A model generated the notes under the pieces. The model was not told the origin of the DNA and did not search any database. It saw only the letters and a program-made list of their open reading frames with translations. Position numbers and translations under genes: made by a program. DNA of 59,466 nt. Origin: a virus. Its lineage: Duplodnaviria > Caudoviricetes. Positions within the stretch are counted from its first letter, which is position 1; every line of letters begins with the position of its first letter. The stretch spans positions 1 to 59,466 of IMG/VR virus record IMGVR_UViG_3300034065_000059. One strand, 5' to 3'. This document shows positions 8,169 through 17,669 of this stretch, piece after piece.

Positions 8169-8591
8169 ATGGCCAAGGGCAGAAAAACGGGTGGCCGTAG
8201 CTTTCAAAAAGGCGTGGTCACTAACCCGAAGGGTGCGCCCAAACTCCCGCCTGAGCTTAAAGCCGCGCGTGAGTTAAATCAGCGCGAGCTTGAACGCATC
8301 ATTAACACGCTACTGCATTTGAGCCGCAATCAACTTGTGCAGCGGCTCAAAGACCCGAAGCTCACGATGATTGAACGGATAGCCGCGCGCATCTTGCAAG
8401 CGTCCGAAAGTGTCGCCGACGAAAAACGACTTGGCTTCATACTTGACCGTATGCTTGGCAAACCCAAAGAACGGGTGGAGCATTCCGGGCCCAACGGCGC
8501 GCCGATTGCGTCGGTCATCATGAGCCCCGAAGAGCGGTTAGCCGAAATCAAACGCTTGCAGGATTTACGGGAAGCGGTGGGCGATGATTAA
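8169..8591 (+). CDS. terS: Terminase small subunit
   Basis: GRKTGGR..FQKG..NPKG N-terminus, LDRMLGKP..VEHSG motif; lies upstream of terL. Confidence 0.75.
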   Translation: MAKGRKTGGRSFQKGVVTNPKGAPKLPPELKAARELNQRELERIINTLLHLSRNQLVQRLKDPKLTMIERIAARILQASESVADEKRLGFILDRMLGKPKERVEHSGPNGAPIASVIMSPEERLAEIKRLQDLREAVGDD

Positions 8592-8793
8592 AGACAGCAA
8601 ACTCCACACGCTCAAAGCCTACGCCACGGTGTGCGGGCTAACGCGCATGATGCAACTGGAGCCGGCCGACTTTTTAGCGTTATTGGAAAGATTAAGTAGG
8701 GCCGAAGCGGTGTGCAACGCGGTGGCCGAGCACGGCACCGGTGAGCACGTATGGGGCGCGTTGCAAGACTGGCGAAAGGAGTGCGGCGGGTGA
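8584..8793 (+). CDS. Hypothetical protein
   Basis: Overlaps the neighbouring genes in the operon. Confidence 0.55.
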   Translation: MIKDSKLHTLKAYATVCGLTRMMQLEPADFLALLERLSRAEAVCNAVAEHGTGEHVWGALQDWRKECGG

Positions 8794-8969
8794 AAATCTT
8801 GCTTTTGTTGTCGCTCACCGCCTGTCAGACCGCGCCATGCCATTGCGCCTCGAAAGGTGACGTGATGGACGTGACCGTGCAAATGGAGCGCGCCTTTGGT
8901 GACCTGCAAGCCAGCTTGGAATTAACCAAGTCCACCCCGCAAGTGTGTATGCCTAATGACAGCAATTGA
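8790..8969 (+). CDS. Small putative lipoprotein
   Basis: GTG start after AGGAG; MKILLLLSLTA-C lipobox. Confidence 0.55.
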   Translation: MKILLLLSLTACQTAPCHCASKGDVMDVTVQMERAFGDLQASLELTKSTPQVCMPNDSN

Positions 8970-10917
8970 TTTGCTCGCGCGTGAGCATGAGCTACGAAAA
9001 CAAGACCAAATTGACAAAGCCCGCAAAGGGCTTTTAAATTTTACGTGCTATGTGTTCAAGGATTACGAGGTTAATTGGCACCACCGTATTATCGCTCGTG
9101 CTTTAAACAAAGTGGTTTCCGGTGAACTAAAGCGCGTCATCTTTACTATTCCACCGAGGCACGGAAAAACGACCCTTATTTCACACCACTTGCCGGCTTT
9201 TATGCTTGGCCTTAACCCGCGTACTAAAATTATTTCTGCCAGCTATGGTCAATCACTTGCGTCACGTAACAACCGCGACGTGCAGCGCATTATAGAATCA
9301 CCGAGCTATCAACAGCTTTTCCCCGCCACACGGTTAGCCAGTCAGGCCACTAAAGCCGATAAGGGCTCTTGGCTGAAAAACGCTACTATGTTTGAAACGG
9401 TTGGCTATGGTGGTTGTTTTATATCGGCCGGCGTTGGCTCGTCACTCACGGGTTTCGGCGGAACGTGCCTACCGGCGGGATCAATGGTGACCACGGAAAA
9501 TGGCTTAATAGATATTGCCCACCTAGCCCAGTTATCCTATGATTCGCCCCGCGTTCTGTCATACAACCACACGACCAACACCACGGAATGGCAACCGGTC
9601 AAAGCTTCGCGGGTGTTTCATGCCACCGAAATATATGAAATTGAAACGGTCAACGGCAGAAAAATCCGTTGTACCGGGGATCACCATATATATTTCGGCA
9701 AGCGCGGCTACGGGCCGGCCAATAGTGCGTGTGTTGGGGACGAAATTACGGTTAGTCCATCATGTAGACGGCGACAAAAGAAACAATTTACCTGCCAATC
9801 TAGTGACGCTATGCAATGGGTGCCACCAAAAGCACCATCAATCGAAAGTGACGCCGTTTCCGTGGTTAGGCGAATACGCGCGGAAAGCCAGCCTGTCTAT
9901 GACATTCAAGTTGCAGGAAACAGCAATTTCTTTGCAGACGGAATACTCATACACAATTGTTTGATTTGCGATGACCCAATCAGAAACCGCGAAGAGGCTG
10001 ACTCGGTAGTTTACCGTGAGCGCACTTATGACTGGTATACCTCGACATTCAGCACGCGGGCGGAAAAAGACGCGGCGATAGTGATAGTTCAAACCCGCTG
10101 GCACGAAGGGGATTTAACCGGGCTGTTACTCAAGCTCGCGGCTGAAGACCCAAAGGCTGACCAGTGGACGGTGATAAACCTTCCCGCCATTTGCGAGTTG
10201 ACCACCGACGTCGACCCGCGCGAGCCAGGCGAAGCCCTTTGGCCCGGCAAATATAACCTAGACACGCTCGGAAAAATCAAAGCGTCGGTGGGCTCGCGCA
10301 ACTGGACGGCGCTTTATCAGCAACGGCCGGCGCCCGAGGGTGGCGCTATTATCAAGCGCGAATGGTGGCGCTATTACAAGGCAATCCCCGAAGGGCTGGA
10401 CACCTATATTCAAGCCTGGGATTTGACTTTCACCGGCGCCAAAGGCTCGGACTTCGTGGTGGGGGTGGTGTTGGCGCGCAAAGGTGCTAACATATACCTA
10501 CTAGATTTAGTGCGCGGCCGAATGACCTTTACCGAAACGGTGGCGGCTTTTCGGCGACTTTCCGCCAAGTGGCCAACGGCTTCCACCAAGTTGGTCGAAT
10601 TAGCTGCCAACGGTCACGCGCTAGTTGATTCACTGCAAAAAGAATTGCCCGGCATCATTGGAGTGAAGCCGCTTGGATCAAAGGTTGCCCGCGTTAATGC
10701 CGTGTCACCCCGCATTGAAGCGGGCAACGTTTGGTTGCCGGACCCGTCAATCGCGCCATGGGTTCACGACTTTGTCGAAGAGTGGACCGCTTTCCCGACG
10801 AGTGTCCATGATGATCAGGTCGACGCTATGGTCCATGGGCTTATCCGTTTCAGCGGTATTGCCCCATCCGATTGGGCGCCAATAAGTCTTACCGGTTCGA
10901 ATCATTGGAAGTACTAG
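8956..10917 (+). CDS. terL: Terminase large subunit (intein-containing precursor)
   Basis: Walker A PPRHGKT, Walker B LICDDP, QTRWH, RNase H-like domain AWD..SDF..HDDQVDA. Confidence 0.97.
   Translation: MTAIDLLAREHELRKQDQIDKARKGLLNFTCYVFKDYEVNWHHRIIARALNKVVSGELKRVIFTIPPRHGKTTLISHHLPAFMLGLNPRTKIISASYGQSLASRNNRDVQRIIESPSYQQLFPATRLASQATKADKGSWLKNATMFETVGYGGCFISAGVGSSLTGFGGTCLPAGSMVTTENGLIDIAHLAQLSYDSPRVLSYNHTTNTTEWQPVKASRVFHATEIYEIETVNGRKIRCTGDHHIYFGKRGYGPANSACVGDEITVSPSCRRRQKKQFTCQSSDAMQWVPPKAPSIESDAVSVVRRIRAESQPVYDIQVAGNSNFFADGILIHNCLICDDPIRNREEADSVVYRERTYDWYTSTFSTRAEKDAAIVIVQTRWHEGDLTGLLLKLAAEDPKADQWTVINLPAICELTTDVDPREPGEALWPGKYNLDTLGKIKASVGSRNWTALYQQRPAPEGGAIIKREWWRYYKAIPEGLDTYIQAWDLTFTGAKGSDFVVGVVLARKGANIYLLDLVRGRMTFTETVAAFRRLSAKWPTASTKLVELAANGHALVDSLQKELPGIIGVKPLGSKVARVNAVSPRIEAGNVWLPDPSIAPWVHDFVEEWTAFPTSVHDDQVDAMVHGLIRFSGIAPSDWAPISLTGSNHWKY
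9466..9957 (+). mobile_element. 164-aa mini-intein in TerL
   Basis: Starts CLPAGSMV; block B CTGDH; ends VYDIQV..NFFADGILIHN followed by Cys; removal restores GFGGT-CLICDDP. Confidence 0.95.
9539..9964 (+). CDS. HNH-motif ORF overlapping the intein in the +1 frame (possibly a remnant)
   Basis: VHHVDGDKRNNLPANLVTLCNGCHQKHH at 9758..9838. Confidence 0.6.
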   Translation: MIRPAFCHTTTRPTPRNGNRSKLRGCFMPPKYMKLKRSTAEKSVVPGITIYISASAATGRPIVRVLGTKLRLVHHVDGDKRNNLPANLVTLCNGCHQKHHQSKVTPFPWLGEYARKASLSMTFKLQETAISLQTEYSYTIV

Positions 10918-10974
10918 ACAGATTTAATTCCCCAAGCTAACGTTCATGTCAAGCAAATCAAAGGAATAGTCCAA

Positions 10975-11592
10975 ATGACGGATTGCGCCAGTACGTGCGG
11001 CCCCTATGGGTCGGGCAGTATTCAATTACTCGTGGGCTATTCCAAGACTTATTATATAGACCTTTTTTATGCTGACACCGGCGAGCCTTACGACCTGACC
11101 GGCGTGACGCAATTAATAGTGTCGCACCCCGGTTCGAGCGGCAGCCCCGTTGAAGAGGTTTTAAATTCGACCGTGGTGGTGACAACCACCGGCACCACGG
11201 TTAATACCTCGAATCAATTAACCGCGATTGCCAGTATGACCGGTATAGCGGTTGGCCAATTAATTACGGGCACCGGTATACCGTCGTCAACCTTTGTGAC
11301 GGCAATTAACGTGGCTGCATCGTCTTTGACTATGTCGCAAAATGCCACGGCAAGCGGCTCACCTTCGGTGATTTTTGCTACCGCGCCGAATGTCACGGTG
11401 GTTGGCGCCCCTGGTGCCGGTAAAATCCAAGTCGTGGCGCCCGCATGGGACACCGCACTTATGCAGGTCAACCCTAACACCCAACAAAATCAAGACCTGC
11501 AAATCAGTGTCACCAATGCCGACGGCTCGCTGAGCGGCTTTCTCTTGCAGGCGGTTTTAAATATTGTCGCGCCAACCTACGGGGTGGTTTAG
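10975..11592 (+). CDS. Putative virion adaptor/structural protein
   Basis: PYDLTG..GKIQV pattern as in BppU-like adaptors, with an inserted ~65-aa beta module. Confidence 0.55.
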   Translation: MTDCASTCGPYGSGSIQLLVGYSKTYYIDLFYADTGEPYDLTGVTQLIVSHPGSSGSPVEEVLNSTVVVTTTGTTVNTSNQLTAIASMTGIAVGQLITGTGIPSSTFVTAINVAASSLTMSQNATASGSPSVIFATAPNVTVVGAPGAGKIQVVAPAWDTALMQVNPNTQQNQDLQISVTNADGSLSGFLLQAVLNIVAPTYGVV

Positions 11593-12845
11593 TGGCTGCC
11601 GGCGCGAATAACCTAACGGGGCAAGTGTCCGACACGCCCGTGGGCGCCGGCCCGCGCGTGAGCGGCGGCGACTCACCACAGACCAGAAATCTAGGCGGCC
11701 GCCTTAGCGTGGCCGTCGTCACCTTTTCGCCTGGGCCAACCGGCCCGACCGGCCCCGCCGGCTCATACGGACCGACGGGAGCAACCGGTGCAACAGGAAA
11801 CACAGGGCCAACTGGCGCTACCGGCGCTACGGGAATTACCGGACCTACTGGCGCGACTGGACCAACTGGCGCTACGGGAGCTACTGGCCCTACAGGTCCA
11901 ACTGGACCTACAGGCAGCACTGGTCAGGCGGGCGCGGTGGGAGCGACGGGTGCCACCGGCCCAACCGGGCTAACCGGCGGCTCGGGACCGACCGGTGCCA
12001 CCGGCGCAACGGGCCCCACCGGGCCCACGGGCGCGACGGGCGCGGGTGTGACGGGCGCAACGGGCCCCACCGGGCCCACGGGCGCTACCGGACCTATTGG
12101 CATCACCGGTCCTACCGGGCCGACGGGCGCGACCGGTGCGACAGGCGCTACCGGTGTCAACGGCAACACCATACTGAACGGTGTCAACCCGCCGCCGATG
12201 TTGACAGGTAATAATGGCGACTTTTTCATCGACACCAATAACCAAGAAATATACGGCCCGAAATTCGGCGGCGTCTGGCCACCGGGCGTGCCTTACGTCG
12301 GCGCCACCGGCGCAACGGGGCCAACGGGAGCAACCGGTGCAACTGGAGCTACAGGAACTATTGGCCCCACTGGAGCTACCGGGCCAACTGGCGCAACTGG
12401 CGCAACTGGACCGACTGGGCCGACTGGCGCAACTGGCGCCACGGGATCTACTGGCAGCACTGGCGCAACTGGAGCGACAGGCCCGACGGGTCCGACAGGC
12501 GCGACTGGACCGGCCGCAACCATAGCCCCAAATGGGTCGGTCGGTTCGCCCATATCTATTACCGCTGCCGGCGGCATTTCGCTATTGCCCGCGCAACGCG
12601 AATTACAATTTATCGTCGGCTCGGGCGGCCCCATTGTTGTCACGGCGTCACCGCCCATCGCTAACGGCTCGGTCATTGGCCAAGAGCTTTATTTGCGCGG
12701 CTCAGACAATACCAACACCGTTTATCTCACGGATGACCGCACGCAACTATTCCTTAACGGCGATTGGGTCGGTCAGCAATTTAGCAGCCTGTATTTAATT
12801 TGGGACGGCACCGGCTGGTGGGAGATTGCACGCAATGACATTTAA
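11592..12845 (+). CDS. Collagen-like fibre protein
   Basis: Two long (G-X-T)n tracts (GPT/GAT), a [14 protein letters not shown] knob and a C-terminal globular domain. Confidence 0.92.
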   Translation: MAAGANNLTGQVSDTPVGAGPRVSGGDSPQTRNLGGRLSVAVVTFSPGPTGPTGPAGSYGPTGATGATGNTGPTGATGATGITGPTGATGPTGATGATGPTGPTGPTGSTGQAGAVGATGATGPTGLTGGSGPTGATGATGPTGPTGATGAGVTGATGPTGPTGATGPIGITGPTGPTGATGATGATGVNGNTILNGVNPPPMLTGNNGDFFIDTNNQEIYGPKFGGVWPPGVPYVGATGATGPTGATGATGATGTIGPTGATGPTGATGATGPTGPTGATGATGSTGSTGATGATGPTGPTGATGPAATIAPNGSVGSPISITAAGGISLLPAQRELQFIVGSGGPIVVTASPPIANGSVIGQELYLRGSDNTNTVYLTDDRTQLFLNGDWVGQQFSSLYLIWDGTGWWEIARNDI

Positions 12846-15800
12846 AGCATTTCTTTTAGGGCTGCTTTCTTTGTCGTCAGTCGCACGGGCTGACTCGGGG
12901 CGCGTGCTCCACGCTAACGAAGTGCAGGTCTATAACGGCACCAATACCGCCAATTATGTCGACCTGCAAGCGCAAGCCGGCATGACCGCACCATTCAGCC
13001 TATTTTTACCGACAACCGCTGGCACGCAATACCAGGCCATGGTTATTGACGGCAGCGGTAATCTCTTTTTCACTTATGACTTTAAAGATTCGAGCGGCTT
13101 TGAATCTTTAGACGTCCTAAACCGCTCTCTAGTTGCAAATGACGGTTCCACCGTCATGCTCGCATGGCCGACAAATTCCACACTAGTAGTCGGCAATGGG
13201 GTGGCTGGCCCGGCGCTCGCGTCGTCATTCTACGGGTGGAATTTAAATCAGGATGGCACGGGATATCTAGCGGGCAATGCCATCAGCTTCGACCTATTTG
13301 GCGATCTGATAGCCGGAGAGATTCAGGATGCATCGGCTTTAGCCGCCGTCAATATCGGTGCGCGCCAACTAATCGCCAGCGATGGGTCAACGGTTTCCGA
13401 AACATGGTCTGGCGGTGGCGTAACTCTTAGCGATGAATCATCGGTATTTAGTCCAACCGCCGGCACGATAGCCTGGCATTCATACAGCAACACGCTTTCA
13501 TACTATGATGGCATGACTTGGAACGACCTAGGCGGTGGTCTTTGGGCATACGATAACGTTACGAATGCTTTGCGCCCGACTGGTCCTAGAAATCTTGAAA
13601 TGTATCCCGGGCAAACAATCGTGGACGACTCAGGCCCTACGTCAATAGATTCAAATAGCCGGCATTTGGTGGCTAGCGACGGCACGACGGTTGCGGTTGA
13701 TTGGTCCAACCCGGCAAATGTCACAATCGCGACAACATTACAGCTTGGTGCTATTACCAGTGACGGCTACAGCCAATTGCAGGTTGTTAAGGGCTCGGAC
13801 ATTACCGCCGTCGCCGATAGTAATTCAATCATGCAATTGCGCTCAGGCACGGGCGCGACCAACGTTTGGTTTGACACGGCCGGAAATAACGCCACGTTCG
13901 GTTTCGCCAACAATGGGACCATAACGCAGGCTCTTGAGTACGACAACACGCGCACGCAGCTTGGGCTTTCCGGGAACGGGAACTACGGTTATCCCGACAC
14001 GATGTACATTGATCAGTCGTACAATACCTATTTCCGTGGCCCGCTTTACACCTTCACCGAAAACTACCCGTCAGCCAATACCACGTCTAAGAGCCTCGAC
14101 CTTGGCGCTCGCAAGCTCTATTACTCCGACGGCACGACAACGTTTCTCGATTACTCGACCTTGCCAGCGGCCAATAAATTCTACGCCGGGCCGACAAGTG
14201 GCGCCGCCGCCGCGCCGACCTTCCGTTCTATCGTCTCCGCCGATATTCCGAACAACGCCGCGAACACGAGCGGATCAGCGGCTTCATTTACCGGGAGCTT
14301 ATCCGGCGACGTTACCGGAACGCAAAGCGCCACGGCCATTGCGGCCAATGCAGTTACAAACGCCAAGCTAGCTCAAATGCCATCCAATACGTTTAAGGGG
14401 AATAATACCGGATCGACCGCGAATGCTATAGACATGACGGCGGCTCAAGCCGTGGCAATCCTTCCAACGGTTGTTGGGGATAGCGGGAGCGGCGGCGCGC
14501 AGGGGGTTATCCCGGCTCCGCCGGCTGGTTCTTATGCGGCCGGTGATTACTTGCTCGCTAATGGAACTTGGGCATATGTTGACCAATCGAAACCGTATTA
14601 CCAGCCATTTACGATGATAAGTAAAACGGCTAACCCGACCGCGTTGTCAAAAATTAACAATGTCCTGGTTTATACCGGCGTTAATGGGAAAACGTATGCC
14701 GTTACAATCGGCACAGTGTCTTCCACCCTGGCTATCTATGACGCTACCGATCAAGCCTCCCCTATATTGCTATCGAACATGGCGACACTCCAAGGATCAT
14801 ATAACGCCGTTCATGCTCTAATTTCAGGCGTTGATTACATCATTGTCGCGTCAAGCGGCGGGTATAACCTATACATTATCAACGTTTCAAATCCGTATTC
14901 TCCGACTATAACGACAACGTTCAATTTAACGTCCGCGACGGGCTCGACTTACAACATCGCTTATTCAAACGGCATGGTTTATCTAGCTTGCCAAACGGTT
15001 GGTTTAAAAGTCGTCGATATCGGCAATGGAATCGGCGGCGGTACGCTAACCGCTCCAGTTGTTACTTATACCCAAGGCGCTGCAAAATCATTCGGTGTCG
15101 TCGTATCTGGAACTAACCTATTTACTACGCAATATTCGACAAGTCCGTATGCGACGCGTCTCCTAAATTCTTGGACACTAACTGGTCTTGGAACTGTTGG
15201 CGTGCCTTCGTTGGTGCAGAGTCTGACGCTGCCGGGGTTGGGTGAGGCGCTTGGTGTGAGCATTAATTCCAGCGCCACGACGGCGTTTGTTGCAATCAAC
15301 ACAGGCGTGCAGCAACTCGATATAGTCGACATCACCACGCCGTCATCGATGGCCAACCTAACTCAAGTTACGATGCCAACCGGTTACACAATCTCTGCCG
15401 CAATGACGGCTGTACCTTACGGTAACTACCTATTTATGCCGGTTGGGTCGAATGCCACCTATGGTGGCGCCGTGCTCATGTACGACATCACCAACCGCAG
15501 CAACCCGGTGTTAATTAATAATGTCGTGACTGGGGTGGCGACGGTTCCGTTTGGCGGCATCGCAATATCGGGCGGATATATTTTTGCGGGTGACTACGGA
15601 GTTGCTCCCGGCTCAACGGGATCTCTCGACATTTTTACGATGCCGTTGACGACACCAACGTGGGGATTGGCAACCGGAAGCAATTTGAACGTCATCAACT
15701 CGGTTGGCATAGGATCGACGGCGCCACAGGGGATACTCGACGTTGAAGGCGGCTCAGCGGCAGCGGCGGCAAGCGGCACCAACATTAATATCGTCGCTCA

Positions 15801-16587
15801 GAACGGCGGCTCTACCGCCGGCAATAACGGCGGCAACGTTGTCATCACCGCCGGCACGGCGTCAGGCACCGGCGCTACTCTCGGCCAGCGCGGCGGCATC
15901 ATCCTGAACGCTCCGACGGCAACCACCTACCTCGCGAGCGCGCCGACTGTCCCCGCCGTCACCATTGAGGCTTATGGAAACTCAAGCGGTGGCCAAATGA
16001 TGAATTTAGTCGGTAACGCCGCGCTGGACTTCGTATCCCTATCAAGCCAAACCAATGCACCTCCGATCGCCTGGTCATACTCGGATTCAAGCCCGAATAG
16101 CCCAATCGCCAATATCAACGTGACGACCGGCAACGGCAAAGGCAACACCATCGGCTTCGGCACGAATTATTCGCCGACAAGCGGCAACCTTCAGTATTTC
16201 ATGAACTTCACCGGCTTTGACAAGGGTAGCCTTTTAATCGGTGCGACGTCACAGGGCACCTACCCGGACGCGGTGTTGCAGGTCAACGGCGCCATTGCCA
16301 CGGCGGTTGCCGCCAAGACGACAACCTACACGGCAAACGCTAACGACTCGGTGATTCTTTGCAACGCCACGAGCGCGGCTTTTACCGTGACGCTGCCGAC
16401 GGCGGCAAGCATCACGGGCACCGAGTACATGATCAAGAAAACGGATAGCTCGGTGAATGCCTGCACGGTCGGCACGACATCCAGTCAGACTATCGACGGC
16501 AGTACAACCTACGCGCTGTCTCTGCAATACAAGTACGTTCGCGTCATTTCAGACGGCGCTAACTGGCAAATCTTTGGAAATAACTAA
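12835..16587 (+). CDS. Large fibre/adhesin-like protein with beta-propeller region and apparent signal peptide
   Basis: [19 protein letters not shown]; LVIVD-like repeats ([26 protein letters not shown]); VGIGSTAP; fibre-type C-terminal domain. Confidence 0.8.
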   Translation: MTFKAFLLGLLSLSSVARADSGRVLHANEVQVYNGTNTANYVDLQAQAGMTAPFSLFLPTTAGTQYQAMVIDGSGNLFFTYDFKDSSGFESLDVLNRSLVANDGSTVMLAWPTNSTLVVGNGVAGPALASSFYGWNLNQDGTGYLAGNAISFDLFGDLIAGEIQDASALAAVNIGARQLIASDGSTVSETWSGGGVTLSDESSVFSPTAGTIAWHSYSNTLSYYDGMTWNDLGGGLWAYDNVTNALRPTGPRNLEMYPGQTIVDDSGPTSIDSNSRHLVASDGTTVAVDWSNPANVTIATTLQLGAITSDGYSQLQVVKGSDITAVADSNSIMQLRSGTGATNVWFDTAGNNATFGFANNGTITQALEYDNTRTQLGLSGNGNYGYPDTMYIDQSYNTYFRGPLYTFTENYPSANTTSKSLDLGARKLYYSDGTTTFLDYSTLPAANKFYAGPTSGAAAAPTFRSIVSADIPNNAANTSGSAASFTGSLSGDVTGTQSATAIAANAVTNAKLAQMPSNTFKGNNTGSTANAIDMTAAQAVAILPTVVGDSGSGGAQGVIPAPPAGSYAAGDYLLANGTWAYVDQSKPYYQPFTMISKTANPTALSKINNVLVYTGVNGKTYAVTIGTVSSTLAIYDATDQASPILLSNMATLQGSYNAVHALISGVDYIIVASSGGYNLYIINVSNPYSPTITTTFNLTSATGSTYNIAYSNGMVYLACQTVGLKVVDIGNGIGGGTLTAPVVTYTQGAAKSFGVVVSGTNLFTTQYSTSPYATRLLNSWTLTGLGTVGVPSLVQSLTLPGLGEALGVSINSSATTAFVAINTGVQQLDIVDITTPSSMANLTQVTMPTGYTISAAMTAVPYGNYLFMPVGSNATYGGAVLMYDITNRSNPVLINNVVTGVATVPFGGIAISGGYIFAGDYGVAPGSTGSLDIFTMPLTTPTWGLATGSNLNVINSVGIGSTAPQGILDVEGGSAAAAASGTNINIVAQNGGSTAGNNGGNVVITAGTASGTGATLGQRGGIILNAPTATTYLASAPTVPAVTIEAYGNSSGGQMMNLVGNAALDFVSLSSQTNAPPIAWSYSDSSPNSPIANINVTTGNGKGNTIGFGTNYSPTSGNLQYFMNFTGFDKGSLLIGATSQGTYPDAVLQVNGAIATAVAAKTTTYTANANDSVILCNATSAAFTVTLPTAASITGTEYMIKKTDSSVNACTVGTTSSQTIDGSTTYALSLQYKYVRVISDGANWQIFGNN

Positions 16588-16599
16588 GGGAGTTTCACT

Positions 16600-16887
16600 A
16601 TGGTTAGGCGTTTTGCTTTAATTCTTTGTCTTGGCTTGGCAGCGTCGGCATTCGCGGACACGGCACCAACGGTGTATGCCGCAAAAAACCCGCTCGTTAG
16701 CGGTCAACCGCAAACGTATGAAATCTACACGTTGGCGTCGGCCGAAGACGCTAGCGGCAACACCGTGCAAGTCCGTCACGACATTATTAAGTCCACCACG
16801 GTGACTCAGCTTAACAACGCCGTGACTCAGTTGACGACGCAGCAAGCCAACATCGCTTCGTATTTGGCCCTGATTAACGCGCTGTAA
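16600..16887 (+). CDS. Small secreted protein
   Basis: MVRRFALILCLGLAASAFA-D signal peptide; GGGAG SD; coiled-coil C-terminus. Confidence 0.75.
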   Translation: MVRRFALILCLGLAASAFADTAPTVYAAKNPLVSGQPQTYEIYTLASAEDASGNTVQVRHDIIKSTTVTQLNNAVTQLTTQQANIASYLALINAL

Positions 16888-16904
16888 GAAAAAGGTGACC
16901 GCTC

Positions 16905-17669
16905 ATGGCTGACAAGGAAGTCATTGCCAAAAATAATGACGTGGCTGCCTCGCAAGGAAGCGGTGCAGCCGCGTCACCTAGCGGTCAATCACTAAGCCAT
17001 TTTTTCCGGTTTGCTGGCGCTGCGGCCATCTTTTTTCGGTGGGGTAAACACCTTATCGAGTGGCCAGCCTTGGTCAAGACGATACTGCAGCGTTTTCATG
17101 CCTATGCCCGATTCACGCCCCCATGCGGACAAGCTAAGCGTTTTACCTTTATAAGTAATGTTTCGATTCGTAACAAGATTTTGCGATTGCTCAAGTCTAG
17201 TAGCCCAGCGGCAATTACTTTTGCAATACCCCTTATTGCCGTCTACTCGATCAATAGTATGTTTTGGGCTAGGGGGCTCGCCCATATCCAGTATGAAGTT
17301 TTCAAATTTTTCCCAACGCTTACAAACGCGAAGGCCACGGCCGCCATATCTTTTAAAAGCAAAAGCGTTTGGATTGTCGCATCGCTGCCGCATAGCATTC
17401 CAATTTTTATAAACCGGGTCAAGGTTGCGCCCATGAGTGCGCCGGAATTCCCTAAGCCAGCAACCGCACGACTTAACTTGATCATGGGTCAAGTGAGTCG
17501 TGCGTACGTCCTTTGTATTGCCGCAATCACACAAGCAATGCCAAGTTCGGTAATCAAGCTGTTTAATCACGGTCAACCGAAAAAACTTTCTACCAATCAC
17601 GTATGCCTCCTCTTGAAAAACCTTTCTAAACTTAAGTATGCAGTTTGTCAAGAGGTGACCCATGGCTGA
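16905..17669 (+). other. Orphan portal-like N-terminus reading through the antisense of the HNH gene
   Basis: AAGGTGA SD plus MADKEVIAKNNDVAASQG, similar to portal MAEEIKKNNDTASAAQG; stop overlaps the portal start. Confidence 0.55.
16992..17600 (-). CDS. HNH-type homing endonuclease
   Basis: GAGGAGG SD plus GTG; GRKFFRLTV..WHCLCDCG..SCGC, YGGRG..VCKRW, TIDRVDGNKGYCKSNCRWAT..QSQN. Confidence 0.9.
   Translation of the reverse strand: MIGRKFFRLTVIKQLDYRTWHCLCDCGNTKDVRTTHLTHDQVKSCGCWLREFRRTHGRNLDPVYKNWNAMRQRCDNPNAFAFKRYGGRGLRVCKRWEKFENFILDMGEPPSPKHTIDRVDGNKGYCKSNCRWATRLEQSQNLVTNRNITYKGKTLSLSAWGRESGIGMKTLQYRLDQGWPLDKVFTPPKKDGRSASKPEKMA

Noticed and set aside
11510-12676. Pro-Val repeat ORFs on the minus strand
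   Set aside because: Antisense shadows of the collagen repeats
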